From a bacterium (GTDB taxonomy: Bacteria > Patescibacteriota > Minisyncoccia > UBA6257 > GWB1-50-10), in the NCBI GenBank assembly GCA_021824045.1, contig JAKALR010000002.1, forward strand, positions 1-57,923: DNA of 57,923 nucleotides. The letters are read 5' to 3'. The notes below the pieces were generated by a model, which did not search any database, was not told where the DNA came from, and saw nothing but the letters and a program-made list of their open reading frames with translations. The translations under genes were made by a program, and so were the position numbers. Within the stretch, counting starts at the first letter, position 1, and every line of letters starts with the position of its first letter. Positions 1 to 7,714 of this stretch are shown here, piece by piece.

Positions 1-800
1 ATGTTGATGAACTCAATGAGATACGAGATGAGGAGCAGGTTCAAAAGGATGGGAATCGCGATCCGTATGCCGCCGCCAATCTCTTTCATGAAATGCCTGG
101 CGTCGTCTTTCATCCGCCCCATCGCCGTCCTCTCATCAGGCTCCCGGGAGTTCATGATGATTTCGATCATGTTCGTGATGATGAATACGCCGAAAGCGAT
201 ATAGACCAGCGCGACGACATCGACGCTCCAGCTCCTCGATTCCTTGAGGACGAAGTTGAGATAGAACCAAAAGAGATTCTCCTTCGACGCGGGGAAAATA
301 TTTGAAAAATTCAGGAAGAGCGCGATGGGTGCCATGGCGAGCGCGGCGAGATAAAGGATTTTCTCGGTTTTCCTGAGAACGGTCGTTCCCGCCGGCCTCT
401 CCCGAATGATGCTGGTGTGGTATTTGTCCGGCCGGTGGGGAGGGAGGACAAAAAGTTCCGGCACCGGATTGAATCCGGCGAGTTCTTTCTCGAGCTCGGC
501 CCTGAGCGGCTCCTGGTCGTATCCGAGGGCAATCACGTCGGGCCGCTCCCCTTTCGCCGCCGCCCACGTCCCAAGTTCGGCATCCCCCGGCACGACCCGG
601 TCCGCGGCGCCGGACGACAGGATCATCTGGGATCGCTCCGCGAAATCCGCGTCGGGCCGCCGACCCTTCAATTTTTCGACGATCACATCCTGCGCCAAAA
701 CGACAACGAGCTCGTCGCCGAGCTTTTTCGCCTGCTTCAGGAACTTGCGGTGCCCCCGGTGGAGGCCGTCGAACACGCCGAAAACCAGAACTTTTTTCAT
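1..800 (-). CDS. Cytidylyltransferase-like (RibL/FAD synthase type) domain fused to a multi-pass membrane domain; 3' end lies outside the window
   Basis: Not in the ORF track because there is no stop in the window. Manual translation from ATG at 800 gives MKKVLVFGVFDGLHRGHRKFLKQAKKLGDELVVVLAQD...PDVIALGYDQ...YHTSII (HxGH nucleotidyltransferase motif), then hydrophobic helices. Frame is open to the window edge. Confidence 0.75.
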   Translation of the reverse strand, partial: MKKVLVFGVFDGLHRGHRKFLKQAKKLGDELVVVLAQDVIVEKLKGRRPDADFAERSQMILSSGAADRVVPGDAELGTWAAAKGERPDVIALGYDQEPLRAELEKELAGFNPVPELFVLPPHRPDKYHTSIIRERPAGTTVLRKTEKILYLAALAMAPIALFLNFSNIFPASKENLFWFYLNFVLKESRSWSVDVVALVYIAFGVFIITNMIEIIMNSREPDERTAMGRMKDDARHFMKEIGGGIRIAIPILLNLLLISYLIEFIN

Positions 801-804
801 AGAG

Positions 805-885
805 TGGGCAGGGAGGGGGTCGAACCCTCATGCCTTGCGGCGCTGGCTCCTAAAACCAGTGCGTCTGCCATTCCGCCACCTGCCC
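805..885 (-). tRNA. tRNA-Leu(TAG)
   Basis: GGGCAGG acceptor stem, anticodon loop TT-TAG-GA, long variable arm, GGTTCGAC T-loop; CCA not encoded. Confidence 0.95.
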
Positions 886-1057
886 GTACCCCTTATAGTA
901 TCAAATCGGTTATGGTTTGACAAATTGGATAAAATATTGTAATATATACATAAGCTTTTAAAGAAACAGCCCCCATAGTTTTCGGGGCTCATACCGGGCA
1001 AAAGAGTATTCGGTATCGAAATAAAAATCCAAAAAGTTTAAGAAGGAGAAGAAAAAA

Positions 1058-1690
1058 ATGGCTAAGCAACAACAGCAACAAACTGGCCAACAGCAAAATC
1101 TCTTTGTGTTGGCGATGGAATTTCTCGAGCCACAGCTTCAAAACAGTTCGTACATTCAGAGGGTGATGGTGCTCGCAATGACGCCGAACAATACCCCAAT
1201 CTACGGTAAGGTTATCCAGTTTCAGTTGGATGGCGTAGATTACGGCGGACCAGTCTCTTTGTCGCCTCAGGGCAGGGTAATGAAAGAAATAGTCGGTTTA
1301 ACGGCTGGCAAGGCGTATAACTTCGGAGCCCTGCTTTATGGTACATCTGCATCGGTCTCAGAGCCCAGGTTAATGCCAGCTTTGCCGCAGGAGAAACAAA
1401 AGAAGAAAACTCCGGCGGAACTCGTTGTCGATCCCGCGAGAGTGGGCAATAAGATAAGCCTATTTTTGCGAGTTCTCGATGAAGAAAAAGAGGGAGTTCC
1501 CTTAGCCAAACTCACCATAGTCGACAGTAAGAAGGGCATACAAATCAAGAAAACTGACGAGCGTGGAGAGTTTGAGTACAAAATAGCGCTTGAGGAAGAT
1601 GAAGAGCGTGAAATTCAAATCGTGGTCGCCGGCTACGGAGATCAATCCTTCCGCCGCACATTCAGAGGAAGAAGGCTGGAGGAAAAATGA
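1058..1690 (+). CDS. Hypothetical protein, possibly two Ig-like beta domains
   Basis: 210-aa ORF with AGGAG upstream; beta-rich segments such as KLTIVD...KTDERGEFEY. Confidence 0.7.
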   Translation: MAKQQQQQTGQQQNLFVLAMEFLEPQLQNSSYIQRVMVLAMTPNNTPIYGKVIQFQLDGVDYGGPVSLSPQGRVMKEIVGLTAGKAYNFGALLYGTSASVSEPRLMPALPQEKQKKKTPAELVVDPARVGNKISLFLRVLDEEKEGVPLAKLTIVDSKKGIQIKKTDERGEFEYKIALEEDEEREIQIVVAGYGDQSFRRTFRGRRLEEK

Positions 1691-1739
1691 AATGATTGGA
1701 AAAAATTTTTGAAGCAGTGAAAGAAAAAGGAGCTTAAAA

Positions 1740-2507
1740 ATGGAGATTCAAAACGTTCTCATGGTCGTTGTTCTGGTTTTAGGGACAGCGATCCTCTCAA
1801 TGCTTACCATGATTGCCGCAGCGGCTGTGCGCATTATTTCGAAAAAGAAGCGAATGGAAGCTGCGACGGTTATGAAACAAGCGCCTGAGAGGCCGAAAAA
1901 ACATTGGCTGAAAGAACTGCCTCTAGTTTCCTTCGGATTTCTAAGGAAAATGGCATCGCCGGAATGGAACAATTGGGTTTTGGGCATATTCTGGTCTGTA
2001 ACTTTTGTTCTATTCTTCTTTGCTATTTTTGCGAAACATCCCACGGGGTTTACTGCGTGGAATGATTTAACCAGTCCTCCGAAGGACCCATACTCGTCCT
2101 CTATTAATTATCTTGTGAGCGGGGGCACTGAGTTAGAATCCGTGCACATGCGTAATGAAGGTACTTATGGCTGGTTAATTGCTTTCGGAATTTCTTTATT
2201 CGTCTCACTCACCTGGATACCTATTGCTTTTAGGGACGAAGCGAGAGCCGCCTTTGATAAGGCAGCGGATCTTTGGGAACAAAGATCCGAGCGGATAAAA
2301 CTTACCGAGGAGGTTAAATCTCCCGTCGTATCCCCACAACCCGCAACCCAGTCGGCGACGATTATTGATGGTGCCGGTGGTAAATCGGGCGGCAAATTCT
2401 GGAAACGTTTCAAGGCTTTTCTGCCCGTTGAGATAACGGGAGAAATCATCGGTGAAACCGTGGAACATTTCGGAGCGGCGGTACTCAAAAAAGTGATTAA
2501 GAGGTGA
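1740..2507 (+). CDS. Hypothetical membrane protein
   Basis: 255-aa ORF with about three hydrophobic segments and AGGAG upstream. Confidence 0.7.
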   Translation: MEIQNVLMVVVLVLGTAILSMLTMIAAAAVRIISKKKRMEAATVMKQAPERPKKHWLKELPLVSFGFLRKMASPEWNNWVLGIFWSVTFVLFFFAIFAKHPTGFTAWNDLTSPPKDPYSSSINYLVSGGTELESVHMRNEGTYGWLIAFGISLFVSLTWIPIAFRDEARAAFDKAADLWEQRSERIKLTEEVKSPVVSPQPATQSATIIDGAGGKSGGKFWKRFKAFLPVEITGEIIGETVEHFGAAVLKKVIKR

Positions 2508-2511
2508 GAAA

Positions 2512-3354
2512 ATGAGAAAATTCTTTACGTTTGGCGCACTGTTGGTGCTCTTCAGTCTCTTTGTGATGCAATCGGTGTGGTGGCTTATTGTTGCGGCGGT
2601 AATCATGATGATGTGGAAGTTTTTCTTATCCACATTTCCTGATCATGCCCGGCTCATCAATTTCGCCGCCAAAACCCTTGTAGTATTGGCAATCGTGGGC
2701 GGTGTTTATAACCGCTATGTCGCTCCCAATACAGTGCTCACCAGAGCAGCTCTCTATCATGCGATGAAGGATGGAGATTTTCGGACTTTTCTGAAGATCG
2801 AACCCAAACTCATGGATGCAGATATGAATGTGGCCAATACCACAAAGAGGGTTGAACGCCTTTACACAGAGAGATCGGGTATTTCTTTATTGGAGATTGT
2901 AAATGCCTACGATTCAGGCAAGGTCTCAAGTGACTCGGTTATGGCGTTTCTCTACTCAAAAGCCGAACAGAACCGAAGAATGAGGAATAAAGAGGATTCG
3001 ATTTATACGAAGATTTCAGGGGCGTCAGCCAAGGTCCGGCCGGTTTCCTATCAGCCGGAAATTCAACCACCCCAACCTCAACCCATTTCTTCTACTCCTA
3101 CTCAGATGGCAGTTACTGTCTCCCATGGTGAAGTAAAAACCATCACGGTGGGAAAGGGGTTCACGGAAATTGAGAAGGTAGGCAACATTGGCATAAATTT
3201 CATGCCTTCCGATTCCATCTACGTCGTGAACGCCGATGGGAGCGGGCCGCACATCTCGACGCCGACCAGCCGTGCCAGTATGCCCTCATCGGATCGCTTT
3301 TTCATGCGATCCCTGAGCGGCAATCCGGTGGAGGTTACTCTCTCCGGATACTAA
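2512..3354 (+). CDS. Hypothetical membrane protein
   Basis: 280-aa ORF with N-terminal TM segments, a Pro/Gln linker and a C-terminal beta domain; GAGGTG upstream. Confidence 0.7.
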   Translation: MRKFFTFGALLVLFSLFVMQSVWWLIVAAVIMMMWKFFLSTFPDHARLINFAAKTLVVLAIVGGVYNRYVAPNTVLTRAALYHAMKDGDFRTFLKIEPKLMDADMNVANTTKRVERLYTERSGISLLEIVNAYDSGKVSSDSVMAFLYSKAEQNRRMRNKEDSIYTKISGASAKVRPVSYQPEIQPPQPQPISSTPTQMAVTVSHGEVKTITVGKGFTEIEKVGNIGINFMPSDSIYVVNADGSGPHISTPTSRASMPSSDRFFMRSLSGNPVEVTLSGY

Positions 3355-3362
3355 AGATTCAA

Positions 3363-3394
3363 AAGCGCATCCAAGAAATTTCTTGGATGCGCTT
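3363..3394. terminator. Perfect 32-bp palindrome between convergent genes, probable bidirectional terminator
   Basis: AAGCGCATCCAAGAAATTTCTTGGATGCGCTT. Confidence 0.65.
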
Positions 3395-3412
3395 ACTGTT
3401 TTATAGTCAGTT

Positions 3413-3688
3413 TTACTGGAGAAGTTGCTGGACTAATGTCACGATGCCGGTTGCTAGAATGCCGATCGCGACTGCGACGGCTGCGTAGATGATTTGTTTT
3501 TTCCCCTTTTCGAATTTTTTCGCGTCGTCGCCCGCCGTGAGTATCTGAAAGGCGCCGATCAAGATGAAGAGGACTGCGAGGACCAGGAGGATCGAATACA
3601 GGATCCCTCCCAGCCGGGTGATGGCATCGATGACCCCCTGGGGCGTCGTTATCGAGCTTGTGGCGTAGGCCGTGTTTATCAAATTCAT
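3413..3688 (-). CDS. VirB2/TrbC-like (CPR T4SS-type) pilin
   Basis: Two hydrophobic helices around GAFQILTAGDDAKKFEKGKKQI. Confidence 0.85.
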   Translation of the reverse strand: MNLINTAYATSSITTPQGVIDAITRLGGILYSILLVLAVLFILIGAFQILTAGDDAKKFEKGKKQIIYAAVAVAIGILATGIVTLVQQLLQ

Positions 3689-3791
3689 CCCGTTAGAAAT
3701 AAACTAAATAACCCAGTTGACGAGAAAGGGTTTTGCGTTTCATCGCTTCATAGTGACGGTGTAAATTGATTGCGCGTTTATTTCTAACGGG
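3689..3791 (-). mobile_element. Start-codon mini-element, copy 1 (103 bp)
   Basis: Perfect 16-bp TIR CCCGTTAGAAATAAAC...GTTTATTTCTAACGGG. Flanked by direct repeats ATGAAT/ATGAAT on the minus strand; the second is the pilin start. uORF 3797-3693. Confidence 0.85.
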
Positions 3792-3820
3792 ATTCATGGT
3801 TTTATTATATCAAAAGAAAT

Positions 3821-4420
3821 CTATTGAGGCTCTTGGCAGGTATGCAAAATTGCATCGCAATATCCGGAATAGCATTCTGTGGGGCTGCCGCACTGCTGGC
3901 CGATTCCCTTCTGGCACTCACCCGTTGTCTGGTTGCATATCTGGCCGGGCAATACGCAGCCGCTCACATTGCATCCTGAGACGAGCGGGGCCGGCGGTAC
4001 CGGATTTATGGAACCGTACGTCGTTGTCGGTACACCGCCGCTCGGCGTCGTACCGGAATTCGTCGCTGTGTCGAAGAACGAGGTCACGAGGAGAATGACG
4101 CCGCCGCAGAGGATGCCGATCACGAGCGCGATAATGGCATTTTTTATGATACCCCTCCCTTTCTTAATTTTGTTGTCGTCGCCGCCCGCAGTGAGAAAAT
4201 TGAATGCCCCGATTAAAATGAAAACGACGACGACGGCGAGCAGAATGCCGAAGAGCCAGTTCCTCGCCAGGTTTATGGTGCTGATGACGGCGCTCCAGCC
4301 GCTCTTTGAAATGCTGGTCTGCGGAGGGGCCGAGGCGATTTGCGCAAAAACCGATGCCGCCCAAGTGAGCGGCATCAAGGTTGTTACGATGAAAATTATT
4401 TTACGAACCAATTTGAGCAT
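3821..4420 (-). CDS. VirB2/TrbC-like pilin with a Cys-rich C-terminal extension
   Basis: Pilin core GAFNFLTAGGDDNKIKKGRGII, then a Thr/Pro linker and a Cys-rich tail. Confidence 0.85.
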   Translation of the reverse strand: MLKLVRKIIFIVTTLMPLTWAASVFAQIASAPPQTSISKSGWSAVISTINLARNWLFGILLAVVVVFILIGAFNFLTAGGDDNKIKKGRGIIKNAIIALVIGILCGGVILLVTSFFDTATNSGTTPSGGVPTTTYGSINPVPPAPLVSGCNVSGCVLPGQICNQTTGECQKGIGQQCGSPTECYSGYCDAILHTCQEPQ

Positions 4421-4438
4421 CGCCGGCTTCAGATTGTA

Positions 4439-4819
4439 TTAGCCTTGGTTAAACGGATTGGTTGGGGTAGATCCGGCACTCTGACCCATAAAGGTTATGA
4501 TCAAGGACACGATGCCTTTCGCGAGTAAGCCCAACACGACGGCGATGATAGCGAACGTGATCATTGACTTCGCTTTCTTGACTTTCGCGTCGTCGCCGCC
4601 CGCGGTGATATAGCTGAAAGCCGCAATGAGGATCAGGACGACCGCGGCAGCGAGCAAAATGCCGAGAATCCAACTTGCGATGGTGCTGATGATCTGGATG
4701 ATGCCGCCGTAGGTCGTTATGCCCGACGGGACCGTGACCTGCGCCAATGTCAAAAGCGGCAAAGCGCCAACGCCGTATGCCAATACTTTAATGAACTTCT
4801 CTAAATTTAGCTTTTTCAT
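4439..4819 (-). CDS. VirB2/TrbC-like pilin
   Basis: Signal-like N-terminus; AAFSYITAGGDDAKVKKAKSMI core. Confidence 0.85.
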   Translation of the reverse strand: MKKLNLEKFIKVLAYGVGALPLLTLAQVTVPSGITTYGGIIQIISTIASWILGILLAAAVVLILIAAFSYITAGGDDAKVKKAKSMITFAIIAVVLGLLAKGIVSLIITFMGQSAGSTPTNPFNQG

Positions 4820-4882
4820 GATGTTATTTTCTTATCCCCCATGAGGATGTACGACCTTTTCTCTGCTTATCTAAACAGGAGA

Positions 4883-5356
4883 TTAACCGCTGAGTATCTT
4901 CTGTACGATGCTTATTATACCACTTCCTACGAGGATTATACCATAGCCCACTGCCGTGTAAAGAATAGTTTTCTTGCCTTTTTCGAACTTCGCGGGCTCG
5001 CCGCCGGAAACCAATATCTGAATGCCACCCACGATGACCATGAAAGCGGCAATCGGCGATCCGGCCATAATGAGCCACTGCATGATGTTCTGCAAAACAC
5101 TTCCGATATCGCTGTTGGCGCTCCCCAGAGGATTGATAAGGGTGATATTGACAGCGCTCGGACTCGGCGGATTGAGATCGGCGAGAACGATACTGCCCGA
5201 GGTGAAGATGAAGATGACGGCAATGAGAAACGCGAATTTTTTTATCCCGTTAGAAACAAAAAGTTTCTTCATAAGCCATTGCTTACGAAGCGCGGTTGAC
5301 TCGACTTCTTTTGTAATCATTTTTTCCATAGGTTTGTGGTTTCTCACGGGATTCAT
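4883..5356 (-). CDS. VirB2/TrbC-like pilin whose N-terminus is encoded by an in-frame mini-element
   Basis: NPLG motif and GGIQILVSGGEPAKFEKGKKTI core. Probable start is ATG at 5356, 7 nt after TATAAT. Confidence 0.8.
   Translation of the reverse strand: MNPVRNHKPMEKMITKEVESTALRKQWLMKKLFVSNGIKKFAFLIAVIFIFTSGSIVLADLNPPSPSAVNITLINPLGSANSDIGSVLQNIMQWLIMAGSPIAAFMVIVGGIQILVSGGEPAKFEKGKKTILYTAVGYGIILVGSGIISIVQKILSG
5246..5350 (-). mobile_element. Start-codon mini-element, copy 2 (105 bp, in frame)
   Basis: CCCGTGAGAAAC...GTTTCTAACGGG; flanks ATGAAT / ATAAAA. Confidence 0.85.
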
Positions 5357-5380
5357 TGATTTCATTATACCAAAAGAATA

Positions 5381-6187
5381 TTACCAAGAACCCTCCGCTC
5401 CGCCGAATGGACCGGAATGTGCTCCGTTGGTGGACATCTGAATGCAGGAACCATTCGCCTCGCAATCGGCCTGAGTCGTATAACAAGTATAAATCGTTGA
5501 GCTGCCAAAGGTAACAGACGAGGTTTGAACTGCCCAAACCTGCTCTGGGGAAACGGCCGGCTTGCCGCATGCCGACTTCGACCCCGCATATATCGCCGCA
5601 TTGCTACAGAATGTTCCCGAAAAGTCGCTCAAGCTCCACGTGACTCCGGTATTTGAGCAGGCGTAATTGCCATTGCCGGCAACCTTCATATAGGTGCTTG
5701 AGGAGTTTTGAAGACCAGGCGCGGAATTGATCGGCTGGAGCTGCTGGTTGTGCGTGCAGGAGATTTGATCCCACGGAAACGCGGAGCTGCCGGTCAAGAA
5801 CCGGATTACCGTCGAGACGATGATCCACGAAAGGAGAGCGATCGCGACGCCCGTCACCGCTTTGATGAGGGTTTTCTGCCCCTTCTTGAACGTATTCTCG
5901 TTTCCCGTCGCGATGATCATCGTGATGCCGCCGATCACGATCATGAGAGTTCCGATGACGAGGGAGAACTTGAAGAGCATCTGGATGATGTTGTTCGTGA
6001 CGATGATGGCGTCGCAGAAATCGCAGGGGCCCACCGGGCCGCCCGTCGTGCTCTGGGCCGCGCAGCTCGTGTTGGTCCAAATGCCCGTGCCCTGGGCAAG
6101 CGCGAGTCCGGAACTCGACAAAAAGAGAATTATAAAAAATCCGAAAGCGGATGTGATTGCCAGTTTTGCTGTGAACCTTCTCTTCAT
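5381..6187 (-). CDS. Pilin-like protein with Cys-containing extensions
   Basis: PCDFCD N-terminal motif, GGITMIIATGNENTFKKGQKTL core and a Cys-containing tail. Confidence 0.8.
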   Translation of the reverse strand: MKRRFTAKLAITSAFGFFIILFLSSSGLALAQGTGIWTNTSCAAQSTTGGPVGPCDFCDAIIVTNNIIQMLFKFSLVIGTLMIVIGGITMIIATGNENTFKKGQKTLIKAVTGVAIALLSWIIVSTVIRFLTGSSAFPWDQISCTHNQQLQPINSAPGLQNSSSTYMKVAGNGNYACSNTGVTWSLSDFSGTFCSNAAIYAGSKSACGKPAVSPEQVWAVQTSSVTFGSSTIYTCYTTQADCEANGSCIQMSTNGAHSGPFGGAEGSW

Positions 6188-6293
6188 CCCGTTAGAAATA
6201 AAACACTTTCTTCATAAGCAATTGCCTATGATGCATGATTAGCTCGACTTGATAAATGGCCATCTTTTTCATAAGGTTGTGATTTCTTACGGG
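6188..6293 (-). mobile_element. Start-codon mini-element, copy 3 (106 bp)
   Basis: CCCGTAAGAAAT...ATTTCTAACGGG; flanks ATGAAT / ATGAAG. The upstream ATG overlaps the previous gene's stop (TAATG). uORF 6299-6192. Confidence 0.85.
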
Positions 6294-6298
6294 ATTCA

Positions 6299-7606
6299 TT
6301 AGAATCCGCTATTCATTATACTCGTCACCTGGCCTTCTGCCTGCTTCACGGCGTTTTCCGGGGTGCTTTGGCTGGTTACGTACGCATCGATCATTTGTGA
6401 GAGAACGTTATTAATTGAGCTCCGTTGCGGCCCATACCACGACCGGGCGTAGAGAGCCTGCTTCGCGAAAACCGAAAGAGACGGATCATTCAGGGAGGCG
6501 TTGATTAGGGAAAGGAGCGCCGGAGGATTGCCGGAAGCTTTCAGATATAAGTCGGCGGAAGTTTGGTTGGCGGCCATGAATTGTATGAACTGCCAATCCA
6601 GCGTTTGGTATCTCGACTGGCGGGACACCACGTAGCCGGAATAGTTCGGATACGCGACGTAGACCGTGGATGACGCCGGCTGGGGCATCGGCGCGACGCC
6701 GTAATTCAAGAACGAGTTCTTCGCCTTCAACTGGCTCAGGGCCGATTCATAATCAAAAATCATCGCGACTTTGTTTCCCGCGAACGCGTCCAAGGAGTCA
6801 GGCATATTGTAATTCCAGGTATAGAGTTTGTTTGTGGGATTTGAGAATTGCGCGTAGAACTGCAGGGCACTAAATCCCGTCGGGGAAGCGAACGTCGCCT
6901 GGTTCGTCGAGGGATTCGTCATCGCCGTGCCGGTCTGGAGCATGAGGAGCGACAGGAGATCGGGAGCGTGGTCGATGTTCACGGCGGATGTTCCGATGGC
7001 CGCCGCCGACTGGTTCACGGTGCCGGTCGAAGAAATCTCTGTCAGGGACGGGATTATGCTGTCAAAGCTTTGCCAGGTTGTCGGCGGATAGACGATACCC
7101 GCCTTAGCGAAGAGATCCTTGTTATACAAAAGAGCCATGGTATCCACGGAAAGCGGCAGCCCGTAGACATATCCTCCGGAGACGAAGTCCTGCGAAACCA
7201 CCTGCGGGAAGTATTGCTGCAGCATGAAGGGTGAAAGTTGGGCCGGGTTTGCGGGGACGATCTTGTTCAAATACGCGGGAAGTTCCGTCGAGGGAATCAT
7301 GAAAATATCCGGCGATTGCCCCGACGCCATGGCCTCGAGGAGCGCCTGGGAATAGATCGTGTAATCACCGAATGACCGGACGTTCACCTTGACGTTGGGA
7401 TAGGTCGCCTTGAAAGAAGATATGATTTTGTCGTAGAAGGATGGCTGGTCGCCGTACACCCACATCGAGAGATTTCCCGCGATGTTCGCCGGGTTCGTCG
7501 TTGAGGTCTTCGCGCCCGGGAGGATACCCGCGAGAATGAGGAGGAGAACGATAACGCCGAGGCCGATGCCTCCGAAAATCAACAGTTTTGTTTTTGAGAG
7601 ATTCAT
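6299..7606 (-). CDS. Extracellular solute-binding protein (sugar ABC type)
   Basis: N-terminal TM anchor; PDIF, YGLPLSVDTMALLYNKDLF and PPTTW motifs. Confidence 0.9.
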   Translation of the reverse strand: MNLSKTKLLIFGGIGLGVIVLLLILAGILPGAKTSTTNPANIAGNLSMWVYGDQPSFYDKIISSFKATYPNVKVNVRSFGDYTIYSQALLEAMASGQSPDIFMIPSTELPAYLNKIVPANPAQLSPFMLQQYFPQVVSQDFVSGGYVYGLPLSVDTMALLYNKDLFAKAGIVYPPTTWQSFDSIIPSLTEISSTGTVNQSAAAIGTSAVNIDHAPDLLSLLMLQTGTAMTNPSTNQATFASPTGFSALQFYAQFSNPTNKLYTWNYNMPDSLDAFAGNKVAMIFDYESALSQLKAKNSFLNYGVAPMPQPASSTVYVAYPNYSGYVVSRQSRYQTLDWQFIQFMAANQTSADLYLKASGNPPALLSLINASLNDPSLSVFAKQALYARSWYGPQRSSINNVLSQMIDAYVTSQSTPENAVKQAEGQVTSIMNSGF

Positions 7607-7712
7607 CCCGTTAGAAATAAAGCGCCTTTTCCATAAGAGATTGCCTATGATGCGCGACCGACTCGACTTCTTTCGTGACCATCCTTTTCATAAGTTTGCG
7701 ATTTCTCACGGG
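7607..7712 (-). mobile_element. Start-codon mini-element, copy 4 (106 bp)
   Basis: CCCGTGAGAAAT...ATTTCTAACGGG; flanks GTAAAT (contains the gyrA stop) / ATGAAT. uORF 7691-7611. Confidence 0.85.
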
Positions 7713-7714
7713 AT

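Noticed and set aside
3689..7712. Repeat-spacer-repeat pattern as a CRISPR array
   Set aside because: The repeats are inverted, dispersed by kilobases and have related interiors; there are no cas genes.
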